64,000 nt of DNA, from contig JAHFIQ010000001.1 in the NCBI GenBank assembly GCA_023246355.1, positions 350,247 through 414,246 of the forward strand. The letters are read 5' to 3'. Shown one piece after another: positions 19,143 through 27,941 of the stretch. Position numbers and translations under genes: made by a program. Positions within the stretch are counted from its first letter, which is position 1; every line of letters starts with the position of its first letter. Source of the stretch: Candidatus Uhrbacteria bacterium. GTDB lineage: Bacteria; Patescibacteriota; Patescibacteriia; UBA9934; GWF2-40-263. The notes under the pieces were generated by a model that made no database searches, was not told the origin of the DNA, and saw only the letters and a list, made by a program, of their open reading frames with translations.

Positions 19143-19940
19143 ATGCTGTCCTTTGATGACATCAATCACCGTCTGTCTCTATGGCAGACGGTAGAAAACC
19201 AAATCCACGCGTTTTTTCAAGCGCGTGGTTTTGTTCATGTCCGTACGCCGCTCTTGGTACGCTCACCTGGAATGGAACCCAACCTTGATCCACTCGAGGT
19301 TTCAGTAAACGGAGAGCGCCACGCGCTCATCACCAGTCCCGAGTATGCAATGAAAAAGTTGATGGCCTCAGGTCTGGAAAAGATCTACACCATCACGCCA
19401 GTCTTTCGCAATCACGAAGGCGGCAAGCACAACACCCCTGAGTTCACCATGCTGGAGTGGTATGCGCCTGGCAGCTACGAAGATTTGATGAGAGAAACAG
19501 AAGAGCTTCTGAAGTTCGTGCTCGAAGATAAGTCCCCTTGGTCTTGTTTGTCCTATCAGGAAGCCAACGTCGATTCCTTCGGCGACCCGCACACAGACGC
19601 AAAACGGTTTTTTGTGACGCGCTATCCAAAAGAGCAAGCATCGCTCGCACGGATTTCGGATGACGGTTCCTACGCGGAACGTTTTGAGGCGTTTGGAGAT
19701 GGGATGGAATTGTGTAACGGGTTCTGTGAGTTGCTGGATCCCATCGAGCAGCGACGTCGATTTCTCCAAGAACAAGAAGAGCGTCGGCAAATAGGCAAAA
19801 CCGTGTTTCCCATCGATGAAGAATTTCTTCAGGCCCTGGGAAAAATCAAAGGTCCGATCTACGGAAACGCGTTGGGAGTTGACCGGCTCGTCATGCTCAA
19901 GTATGCTGTTGCCGACATTCATGATATTCGACTGTTTTAA
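19143..19940 (+). CDS. epmA: EF-P lysine aminoacylase EpmA (GenX/PoxA; truncated class II LysRS paralog)
   Basis: Class II aaRS motifs without an anticodon-binding domain: VRTPLLV, ...FRNHEGG.HNTPEFTMLEWY (motif 2), ELCNGF..L.DP (motif 3 region), GNALGVDRLVML. Lies adjacent to efp. Confidence 0.75.
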   Translation: MLSFDDINHRLSLWQTVENQIHAFFQARGFVHVRTPLLVRSPGMEPNLDPLEVSVNGERHALITSPEYAMKKLMASGLEKIYTITPVFRNHEGGKHNTPEFTMLEWYAPGSYEDLMRETEELLKFVLEDKSPWSCLSYQEANVDSFGDPHTDAKRFFVTRYPKEQASLARISDDGSYAERFEAFGDGMELCNGFCELLDPIEQRRRFLQEQEERRQIGKTVFPIDEEFLQALGKIKGPIYGNALGVDRLVMLKYAVADIHDIRLF

Positions 19941-20004
19941 TTGTTTGAAGATTTCTCTTCGCACCTCATCCACCTTTTCCACCTCATCCATCTTTCCCTC
20001 AAGT

Positions 20005-20571
20005 ATGGCAAGTCCAAACGATATTAAACGAGGTAGCGTGTTGAATCGCAATGGCGAACTTTGGATTGTGATTGAGTTTCAGCGCGTGAGTCCTGGGAAA
20101 GGATCTTCGTTTGTCCGCACACGTCTCAAGAATTTGAAATCAGGAAAAGTGAAAGAAGAAAATTTGAAGTCCGCCGAGAACGTAGACTTCGAGGATGTGC
20201 AGTACAAAAAAATGCAGTATCTTTTCAGTGAAGGAAATTTTTACACGTTCATGGATAACGCGACCTACGAACAAGTGTCCATGTCCAGGGACGACATTGG
20301 TGACGTGGCTGGATATCTCAAGGAAGGCCTCGATGTCACGATCGTGATGCATGAGGGGTTGGCTCTTACGGTTGACCTTCCACAAAAAATTCAATACAAA
20401 GTGACCTACACAGAACCGGCGGTCAAAGGCGATACGGCCTCAGGGAATGTCACCAAGGACGCCAAACTCGATAACGGACTGACCGTGCGAGTCCCCGTGT
20501 TTATCAACGAGGGGGACGAGATTCTCATCAATACCGAAAGCGGCGCGTACGCAGAAAGAGTCAGTAAATAG
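20005..20571 (+). CDS. efp: Translation elongation factor P
   Basis: MASPNDIKRGSVL...VSPGKGSSFVRTRLKNL... with three EF-P domains; the loop SPGKG carries the Lys that EpmA would modify. Start refined to ATG 20005. Confidence 0.9.
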   Translation: MASPNDIKRGSVLNRNGELWIVIEFQRVSPGKGSSFVRTRLKNLKSGKVKEENLKSAENVDFEDVQYKKMQYLFSEGNFYTFMDNATYEQVSMSRDDIGDVAGYLKEGLDVTIVMHEGLALTVDLPQKIQYKVTYTEPAVKGDTASGNVTKDAKLDNGLTVRVPVFINEGDEILINTESGAYAERVSK

Positions 20572-20733
20572 CGTAAAAAGACCGGCCATCGTTTGACAGA
20601 CGGCCGGTTTTTTGATACGCTCGGTGCCTTACGTGGCTGGTAACTGAAGCATGCTACCAATCCTGGTACTGCGTATGTTCTACTGGTTCACGAGGGCCGA
20701 CGAGGGACGGAGTTCCTTCACCATGGAGCTGCC

Positions 20734-21939
20734 ATGAGCAGCGATCTGCAGAGACTCCGCGCCGCCGCGGAGCCGTTCAAGTCCTTCCCCAAAGCCGTCG
20801 CTGTCGTCGTGCGCGCGATGTTCGACAAGGGCGCGACGAAGGTCAAGGTCATCTACGATTTCGTAGTGACGAATGAGTCTGTGCTGTTGCGCATCAACTG
20901 CGATGTTCGGTGGTGCACCCGTGAGGACAGAATCCAAGCTTTGGAAGCTGAATTGGATCATTGGCCTGCCTGGGCGCTCGCGTACGTCCATCATGCCAAG
21001 ACATACACAACTTCGGCCAATGAGTTCGAGTTCAACCAACTCAGTCTCGGCGAAGGCGTCAACAAGAAGCAGATTCGGACGGCCAGGCTGCTCGTGAACG
21101 AACTGCCGCGATTGCTTTCGCCGCGCGAGGCATTCGCGACCACGGTCGTGGATGAGACGGGCAAGACGTTCACCCTCGTCAAGGGTCTGCACGAGACCAC
21201 GGCGGACGGATACACGATCAGCTGTCCGGAGCGGATGGTGAGCTGGGGAACGGACGGACTCGTGCTCAAGTATGGTGCGGTGCGCGTGCCGATTGGGAAG
21301 TTCCTCTCGAAGGTTCAACTCTCCAACGAAGAGCACGAGCGACTTCGCATTTTCACGCATCCTTGGGCGAATGGAGTGATCGAGATCACGCCAACCAAGG
21401 ACGGTGGTAAGACCGCGCGAGTGCCAACGGAGGCGTCAGGGGATTTCGACAGTACGTGGTACGAGAAATCGGAAATGTACTACTTCCCTGGCCTGCATGG
21501 TGGCGCTGCTGCGCTGGCTCTGGTACTGATTGCTGCAGCTGTTCCCGAAGAGGTCAGTCAGCAGATTGGAAAGCTGGTTACGAGTACCATGAGGGATTTC
21601 GTCGGCAGCGATCACGAGTTCGTACTCGACGACCATCGCTACTTCGTCAAGTGCGCAAATTCGACGGAGGTCAGGCATTTGGCGGATCGAGTCCTCTCGC
21701 GGGATCCGTTCCCATCCTCGGCAGGAGTCACGAATCTGCTGCTGGACGTCACCCACCCGGTGTTCCGTACGGTCGATCCGATCAACAGCGAGGTCATGCA
21801 AGTGATCTGGTGGCAGCTGGCGATGTGGATCCAGCTCAACCAGCCCGAAGTGTTCAAGAACGAGCCTGATCCGCAGACGCGCTGTGTGAAGATCTACCTC
21901 GCCTTGCGCGCGCAGAATCCCCAACGCTGGGACGAGTAG
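20734..21939 (+). CDS. Hypothetical protein (high-GC island gene)
   Basis: 401-aa ORF with strong GC3 bias and no recognised motif; an internal hydrophobic segment (GLHGGAAALALVLIAAAVP). Confidence 0.5.
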   Translation: MSSDLQRLRAAAEPFKSFPKAVAVVVRAMFDKGATKVKVIYDFVVTNESVLLRINCDVRWCTREDRIQALEAELDHWPAWALAYVHHAKTYTTSANEFEFNQLSLGEGVNKKQIRTARLLVNELPRLLSPREAFATTVVDETGKTFTLVKGLHETTADGYTISCPERMVSWGTDGLVLKYGAVRVPIGKFLSKVQLSNEEHERLRIFTHPWANGVIEITPTKDGGKTARVPTEASGDFDSTWYEKSEMYYFPGLHGGAAALALVLIAAAVPEEVSQQIGKLVTSTMRDFVGSDHEFVLDDHRYFVKCANSTEVRHLADRVLSRDPFPSSAGVTNLLLDVTHPVFRTVDPINSEVMQVIWWQLAMWIQLNQPEVFKNEPDPQTRCVKIYLALRAQNPQRWDE

Positions 21940-22020
21940 TCCCTACGGCTCCGATGTGACGTCGGAGCTTTTCTATTTGAAAAGCCACCTCAATGAGGCG
22001 GCTGGCGTTTCGTGTGACTA

Positions 22021-22677
22021 TCAGAACCGCCGTGGCAGGAATGGGCGGCGTGTGGGGAAACGGTTGGCTCGATGTGGCCGCGGCTCGTGCACGAAATGGC
22101 TGACCGTGTGCATGTGAGCGGCTCTGAGTGCCATGATCCCCAGATGAATGAGCGGCGGGCCTGGCGGCTCAGCTGTTGTTCTTGGCTGTGTCGCTTTCGT
22201 GATCTCATCCAGGACTCGACGGGCGGCATCACGCAGACGTTCACCGAGTTCGTGAACGAGATCGAATTTGTGAATCGAGCCATTGCTGGCGTTCACAATG
22301 ACCCCGAGCAAGTTGTACGGTCCGAAGTTGCGGAATCGGTTCACAATCGTCTGGATCGCCCGTGCGACCTTCCTGCCGACGATGGCGAGGTCGTCCTTGC
22401 GTCTGGAGCCAACGACTTCCAGGTACAGACGAACGCCGCGAGCGCGCGTGCGAAGCGCTGACAAGGCAAAGGTCAGGCGCTTGAGTTCGTGTTTGGCTCG
22501 CAGCGTGAGCTGGATTTCAAACGACGGATGTCCGTGTTCCGAGAAGACGATCAGGTCGATGGCTTCGTGAACATCCTCATGTCCCCAGGCCTCTGTCCGA
22601 CGGTGGGGAATGCCCAGGTCTCGAAGACCTCGGCTGACGGCTTGTTCCAGAACGAGTCCGGCTTGGAATTGACTCAA
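22021..22677 (-). CDS. Hypothetical protein (high-GC island gene)
   Basis: 218-aa ORF convergent with the gene at 20734-21939; GC3-rich. IDLIVFSE...FEIQLTLRAK could be a degenerate PD-(D/E)xK-like core, but this is not convincing. Confidence 0.45.
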   Translation of the reverse strand: MSQFQAGLVLEQAVSRGLRDLGIPHRRTEAWGHEDVHEAIDLIVFSEHGHPSFEIQLTLRAKHELKRLTFALSALRTRARGVRLYLEVVGSRRKDDLAIVGRKVARAIQTIVNRFRNFGPYNLLGVIVNASNGSIHKFDLVHELGERLRDAARRVLDEITKATQPRTTAEPPGPPLIHLGIMALRAAHMHTVSHFVHEPRPHRANRFPTRRPFLPRRF

Positions 22678-22737
22678 CGTGAACCTCCGGAATCAAGATA
22701 GCGGTTCCCTGCTTTCAAGGCAAGAAAAGAACAGGGA

Positions 22738-23808
22738 TTACCCTGTTTCTTCCTTAGATTCTTCTTGGATGATTTCTCCTGTGTCTTCTTCGTGAGCTCC
22801 GTTGATGGCTTTGATCGTTGCCGCGCGGATCTCTGCCATGAGGGTTGGATTTGCCTTAAGCGTTGCCTTGGAAGCTTCTCGTCCCAGGCCTAATTTTTCT
22901 TCCTTGTAGTAGTAGTTGCTTCCACTTTTTTGGATGACATTGAATGCCACACCTTGGTCAATGAGGTCTCCCGAGATGGAGATACCTTCGTTGTACATGA
23001 TGTCGAATTCACAGGTGCGGAATGGTGGCGCGACTTTGTTTTTGACAATCTTGGCCTTGGTGCGGTTGCCAATGATCTGTTCACCTTGTTTGATTTGAGC
23101 TGCGCGGCGAATTTCAATGCGCACCGAGGCGTAAAATTTCAGCGCGTTGCCACCTGGCGTTGTTTCTGGGTTGCCGAAGACCACACCGATCTTCATGCGG
23201 ATTTGGTTGATGAACACGACGGTCGTTTTGGACTTGCTCACGATGGCCGCGAGTTTACGCAGGGCCTGGCTCATGAGGCGTGCTTGCAATCCCATGTGGG
23301 AATCTCCCATGTCGCCCTCGATTTCTGCTTTGGGTGTGAGGGCGGCCACAGAATCGATGACGATCACGTCGACCGCGTTGGAACGCACGAGCGTCTCGAC
23401 AATTTCAAGGGCCTGTTCGCCCGTGTCAGGTTGGGAGATGAACAGCTCGTCGATGTTCACGCCAATCTTTTGGGCATACTCAGGATCCAGGGCATGCTCA
23501 GCATCCACGAATGCTGCGAGACCACCGATTTTTTGTACCTCAGCCACGATATGTTGGGCGAGGGTTGTTTTTCCAGAAGACTCCGGTCCGTAAATTTCAA
23601 TGATGCGGCCGCGGGGGACTCCCATGACGCCCAGGGCCAGATCCAGCGAAAGACAGCCGGTGGAGACCGCATCCACTTGCATGGTTTTGGCCTCGCCAAG
23701 GCGCATAATGGCCCCTTCGCCAAACCGTTGTTTAATTTGGGAAATAGCATCAAGCGCTGCTCGGGATCGTGGATCTGTGTCGACTTCCTTGCTAATTTGT
23801 TTTGCCAT
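22738..23808 (-). CDS. recA: Recombinase RecA
   Basis: [12 protein letters not shown] Walker A, ...[11 protein letters not shown], ...VIDSVAAL, and the complete RecA core and C-terminal domain. Confidence 0.95.
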   Translation of the reverse strand: MAKQISKEVDTDPRSRAALDAISQIKQRFGEGAIMRLGEAKTMQVDAVSTGCLSLDLALGVMGVPRGRIIEIYGPESSGKTTLAQHIVAEVQKIGGLAAFVDAEHALDPEYAQKIGVNIDELFISQPDTGEQALEIVETLVRSNAVDVIVIDSVAALTPKAEIEGDMGDSHMGLQARLMSQALRKLAAIVSKSKTTVVFINQIRMKIGVVFGNPETTPGGNALKFYASVRIEIRRAAQIKQGEQIIGNRTKAKIVKNKVAPPFRTCEFDIMYNEGISISGDLIDQGVAFNVIQKSGSNYYYKEEKLGLGREASKATLKANPTLMAEIRAATIKAINGAHEEDTGEIIQEESKEETG

Positions 23809-23851
23809 AAAAGAGTTACAAGTGTTTCAAGTGGGATCAGCTTAACAGACC

Positions 23852-24079
23852 TCAGTAGAGATTCAAGTCTGATTTTTTTACGAGTTTTTTGTAGGCTTCC
23901 CATGGCGTAAACACCCCGATGGGTTTGCCATGTTTCATAATGACATAGCGTTTGGTGACCGTGCCTTGGACGATCGCCGCAAAGTTTCTGAGGAAGTCTC
24001 GGACAGAGATGGGTTCTGTGGAAGTCATAGGAGGAGTTAGAAATGACTTACAGATGAACGTTACTAAATTGTCTGACAA
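23852..24079 (-). CDS. Small Phd/YefM-like (antitoxin-fold) protein
   Basis: ISVRDFLRNFAAIVQ...VIMKHGKPIGVFTPWEAYKKL resembles the Phd/YefM N-terminal fold pattern; probable start is MTSTEP. No toxin gene follows, since recA is immediately downstream. Confidence 0.4.
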   Translation of the reverse strand: MSDNLVTFICKSFLTPPMTSTEPISVRDFLRNFAAIVQGTVTKRYVIMKHGKPIGVFTPWEAYKKLVKKSDLNLY

Positions 24080-24144
24080 TTGTCAAACAAAAATCTGACA
24101 ACCTGTGGATAAAAAAACTCCCTCGATAGGATGTCGAAGGAGTG

Positions 24145-24834
24145 TTACTTGGCGAAGCTGATGGAACCATCTTGTTTGAGAACCACACGTCGATACTCAG
24201 TTGCTGGATGTGAGTAGCGTTTGGTGCTTTCAATCACGATGACGTTGAGTCCCCGCTCAAGGGCGACATCTGTTTCAAATGAACCATCTTGGGAAAGCAG
24301 AACGCTCAGTCCATTGATCGTCACCTGTGCCCCTTCCTCTGCGTGGCCCGCAACCGTGACATGCGCATCAGCGGTGAGAAATCCATCCGAAGGTTCGTAC
24401 ACGAGGAGATCTGGTGGTGAGACAATGGCTCGGACTTGGTATCCGACGTAGGACATGATGGAAATGGCAAGGGTTGCAAGGAAAAACACTTTCACAAAAC
24501 GACTGGCCACCAAGAATTGCCAGGCGCTGGCTCGGCGTCGAGGCAGGCGAGCATTTTTCATGAAATCACAGGTTCCGCATTCGCTTTCAAACTGTTCCAA
24601 AAAGTAGTCTACGTCCCCCCCGAGGGCTCGAACATAGGTTTTTAGATAATTTCGAGCATAGATGGGATCGGGCAGCTTCCCCCAGTCGCCATTTTCAAAA
24701 GCCGTGAGGAATGATTTTCGAATTTTGGTTTGTGCGGAGAGTTCAGACAACGTCAAATTCGCTGAACGGCGAATCGCCTTGAGTTTGGCGCCCAAGGTTT
24801 CCTGGTAATCAAATTTACGAATGACGAAAGACAT
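24145..24834 (-). CDS. RodZ-like membrane protein with N-terminal XRE-type HTH
   Basis: LGAKLKAIRRSANLTLSELSAQTKIRKSFLTAFENGDW HTH; one TM helix (FVKVFFLATLAISIMSYVGY); C-terminal beta domain. Start refined to ATG at 24834 (MSFVIRKF). Confidence 0.6.
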   Translation of the reverse strand: MSFVIRKFDYQETLGAKLKAIRRSANLTLSELSAQTKIRKSFLTAFENGDWGKLPDPIYARNYLKTYVRALGGDVDYFLEQFESECGTCDFMKNARLPRRRASAWQFLVASRFVKVFFLATLAISIMSYVGYQVRAIVSPPDLLVYEPSDGFLTADAHVTVAGHAEEGAQVTINGLSVLLSQDGSFETDVALERGLNVIVIESTKRYSHPATEYRRVVLKQDGSISFAK

Positions 24835-24840
24835 AGGGGG

Positions 24841-24920
24841 AAGTAGCAAGTATCAAGTAGCAGGTAGCAAGTATTTTCGGAGCGGGTATACATGCTACTT
24901 GCTACGAACTACTTGCTACT
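24841..24920. repeat. Inverted-repeat array of a 10-bp motif GTAGCA(A/G)GTA (3 copies) facing TACTTGCTAC (2 copies)
   Basis: Left-arm copies at 24843, 24858 and 24865; right-arm reverse-complement copies at 24896 and 24910; centre at about 24885. Lies between the ftsK stop and the RodZ-like start, both on the minus strand. Confidence 0.6.
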
Positions 24921-24936
24921 TTAGAACTCGTGCATC

Positions 24937-27330
24937 TTACCGTTCATCTTCAACATCTTCAACCTCGCCCTTGGCTGCCTGAACCCAGTTTTCATCAACC
25001 GCATCTTCCCAGTTGGCAGGTTCGATGGATTCTGAGCTGTTCTCCTTTTCCTCCTGATCCACCTCGTCTACCTCTTCCACCTCTGCCTCATACGCTTCAT
25101 CGTAATCATCCTGTGCGGTGGGCATGCCAGCTTTTACATTGCCACCAGGCGGCCACTCATCGACTAAAATTTCTCGCGGCTTGGCGCCGGAGCCCGGTCC
25201 GATCACTCCGGCTTGTTCCATGAGATCCATCACTCGGGCCGCCCGAGCATAGCCAAGGCGCAATCGACGCTGCAGATAGGATGTCGAGGCTTTTCCGGAT
25301 TCCAGAACAATCTGAATCGCTTCCTCCAGCATGGGGTCTGATTCTGAGTCATCGTCATCAAACACGGTTCCGGCCTTGGTAATTTCCGTGACCGCCATGT
25401 TGTAGTCAGGCTCGCCATTGCGGCGCAAGAAAGAAACCACGCGTTCGATTTCGTCCGTGGAGATAAACGCCCCTTGCAGACGTTTGGGTTTGGAAATATC
25501 CGCACAAGTAAACAGCATGTCTCCACGTCCAAGCAATTTTTCTGCGCCTGACTGGTCCAGAATGGTGCGCGAATCTGTCTGTGAGGCGACCGCAAAGGCG
25601 ATGCGTCCTGGGACATTGGCTTTAATGAGGCCTGTGATTACGTCCACGCTGGGTCGTTGGGTGGCCAGAACCAAGTGAATACCCACAGCGCGAGCCATTT
25701 GAGCAATGCGCACGATTGTGGCTTCCACTTCGCGACCGCTGGCGGTCATGAGATCTGCCAGCTCGTCGATGACGACCACGATTTTAGGCATCCTCTCTTG
25801 AGCTCTGGCATTGTAGCCGGCGATATCGCGCGCGCCGAATTTTGAGAGAATATCCAAGCGGCGTTCCATTTCCCTCACCGTCCATTTGAGCGCGTTTACC
25901 GTGTCGTCCACATTGGTAATGGGTGGAACAAGCAAGTGCGGGATGCCGTTGTAGATGGTCAGCTCCACGCGTTTTGGATCCACGAGAATGAGTTTCAAAT
26001 CATCTGGCCCGTTTTGGAACAGCCAAGAAATAATCATCGTGTTTAAGCACACACTCTTTCCTGATCCCGTTGCACCAGCCACCAGCAGGTGCGGCATTTT
26101 TTCCAGAGCAATCGTGAGTGTGTCACCGGAGACATCTTTTCCAAGTGGAATGGAAAGCAAGGACGAACGGTCTTTAAATCCAGGACTCTCCATCACGTCG
26201 CGCAGAGTCACGGTGGCGACTTTGGTGTTTGGCACTTCAATTCCCACTAAGGACTGGCCGGGAATCGGCGCCTCCATACGAATGGGATGCGCGGCCAAGG
26301 CGAGCGCTAGATCGTTTTGCAAAGAGACGATGCGGGTGAGTTTAATGCCCTGGGAAGGACGCAGCGTGTACTGGGTGACCGCAGGGCCCACAGAGGTTTT
26401 GCCCATTTCGACATCAATGCCAAACTCGTGAAATGTTTTTTCGATGACTTCCTTGTGATGCTCGATGTCGCCTGATTGTGCTTTGGTGGCTGAGCGATCC
26501 AAGAGGTTCATGGGAATCGCAATTTCGCGGTGCTGTTTTGAGGTGAGTGCCACCTCGGCCTGTTTTTTTTCTTTGACTTCTTTTTGATGAAACGGTTCTG
26601 CGGGTTCCTCTTGGGATTCACCTTCCGGTTCCTCAAAAAGGTCATCTTCCTCGTCCTGAGATGTTTCACCCAGGTTGAAGCCTGGGTCTACCACTTCTTT
26701 TTTTTCTCGATGCAGCCAGGCTCCAAACCATCCGGTCACGTGCGTGTGCAGACCAAAGAGGCTTCGCAGCGACGTGTTGAAAACAAGCAGAACCGAAACG
26801 AGCAACAGGGCGGCTACGCTCACAATCGCGCCCCAGTAGCTCACAAAGTTGGGAAGGAGGATGGCAAGAAACTGTCCAAGATACCCACCGGCAAGAGTGA
26901 GGTCTGTGGTAAATGGCTGTGCTCGATCAATAAGAAGGAGATTCAAAAGCGCGTTGAACGACAAAAAGAAAAAGAACAGTCCAAAATAATTCCACACAGA
27001 GAGCGTCCCTCGTTCAGGGTAGGCAATGGACGCTCCCATGATAATGAGGACGATCGGAACCAAGTAGCGATCCATGCCAAAAAACGTGGCAAGAAGTTCG
27101 TGGATCCAAAGCCCTAAGTTCCCCGCGATCTGGAAGAACGAGAGAAAAATAAGCGCCGCGGCGGCCAATAACAAAATCACAACAATCCCTCGTTTGGTTT
27201 CTGAACTCATCTTGACTCTGGTGCCTCCACCTCGTGTATTGCCGGCAGTATTCTTTTTCCTTCGACCCATAATGGGACATTTTAGCATAGGTTGACAGAA
27301 ACAGTGTTTCCTGGTAATTTTTGTTGTCAT
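24937..27330 (-). CDS. ftsK: DNA translocase FtsK/SpoIIIE
   Basis: N-terminal TM helices, linker, motor domain with LVAGATGSGKSVCLNTMI Walker A, and a C-terminal gamma winged-helix (KASTSYLQRRLRLGYARAARVMDLMEQAGVIG) followed by an acidic tail. Confidence 0.9.
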   Translation of the reverse strand: MTTKITRKHCFCQPMLKCPIMGRRKKNTAGNTRGGGTRVKMSSETKRGIVVILLLAAAALIFLSFFQIAGNLGLWIHELLATFFGMDRYLVPIVLIIMGASIAYPERGTLSVWNYFGLFFFFLSFNALLNLLLIDRAQPFTTDLTLAGGYLGQFLAILLPNFVSYWGAIVSVAALLLVSVLLVFNTSLRSLFGLHTHVTGWFGAWLHREKKEVVDPGFNLGETSQDEEDDLFEEPEGESQEEPAEPFHQKEVKEKKQAEVALTSKQHREIAIPMNLLDRSATKAQSGDIEHHKEVIEKTFHEFGIDVEMGKTSVGPAVTQYTLRPSQGIKLTRIVSLQNDLALALAAHPIRMEAPIPGQSLVGIEVPNTKVATVTLRDVMESPGFKDRSSLLSIPLGKDVSGDTLTIALEKMPHLLVAGATGSGKSVCLNTMIISWLFQNGPDDLKLILVDPKRVELTIYNGIPHLLVPPITNVDDTVNALKWTVREMERRLDILSKFGARDIAGYNARAQERMPKIVVVIDELADLMTASGREVEATIVRIAQMARAVGIHLVLATQRPSVDVITGLIKANVPGRIAFAVASQTDSRTILDQSGAEKLLGRGDMLFTCADISKPKRLQGAFISTDEIERVVSFLRRNGEPDYNMAVTEITKAGTVFDDDDSESDPMLEEAIQIVLESGKASTSYLQRRLRLGYARAARVMDLMEQAGVIGPGSGAKPREILVDEWPPGGNVKAGMPTAQDDYDEAYEAEVEEVDEVDQEEKENSSESIEPANWEDAVDENWVQAAKGEVEDVEDER

Positions 27331-27405
27331 TTCTGCTGGTTTGGGACCGGCGTATAATGGCAGAGACGTTCATCCCTGGCGTTGACCTTCACCTCTGGAG
27401 GTACC

Positions 27406-27597
27406 ATGTCCACGAAGACTCAGAATCCGATCCCGCTCGGTGAGTTGATCACCTTGTTCTACGAGGAGTTCCTCTCCATGTACGGTGATGAAGAGCTCGC
27501 TTCGGTGGCAACGGCCAATGCGGTGAATGACCTCCTCATGGAGGAAGCTCTTCGTGACCAGGACGCACGATCTGGTCGTGAACATCGCGCCTCGTGA
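27406..27597 (+). CDS. Small acidic hypothetical protein (63 aa), high GC
   Basis: ggagg RBS 6 nt upstream of ATG 27406; sequence MSTKTQNPIPLGELITLFYEEFLSMYGDEELASVATANAVNDLLMEEALRDQDARSGREHRAS. Confidence 0.3.
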   Translation: MSTKTQNPIPLGELITLFYEEFLSMYGDEELASVATANAVNDLLMEEALRDQDARSGREHRAS

Positions 27598-27622
27598 ACT
27601 TTCCCATCTCCAAGGAGTTGTC

Positions 27623-27823
27623 ATGGGCAAGAAACCTCGTCCACCCAAAGCCGTGCACATGCCAGACAGGAAGCGTGGTCTCACGATCACGATCAAGCCC
27701 GAGGATCTTCCTCGTGAACGCGGAGTCCCGATTCCGCCCAGCCGGTTCCACCACACGCGCGAGCGTGATGTGGTCGCCGGACGCCGACGTCATCCCAAGC
27801 ACAAGGGGAGGACGCGTGAATGA
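27623..27823 (+). CDS. Small basic hypothetical protein (66 aa), high GC
   Basis: aaggag RBS before ATG 27623; sequence MGKKPRPPKAVHMPDRKRGLTITIKPEDLPRERGVPIPPSRFHHTRERDVVAGRRRHPKHKGRTRE (pI above 11). Confidence 0.3.
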   Translation: MGKKPRPPKAVHMPDRKRGLTITIKPEDLPRERGVPIPPSRFHHTRERDVVAGRRRHPKHKGRTRE

Positions 27824-27941
27824 TGCCACTGCATCGCCGCTGGCCGTCTTGTACGCAAACAGGACGGCCGCCCATCTGAGAGGGTGAGATTTCTCGCCAT
27901 TTCAGATGGGTAACCCCCAATCAACCAAGGAGACGTTCTCA

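Noticed and set aside
24841-24920. Considered CRISPR or REP element for the GTAGCAAGTA repeats
   Set aside because: Only five 10-bp copies arranged as inverted arms of one palindrome, with no spacer structure. Better explained as an operator or terminator-like element.
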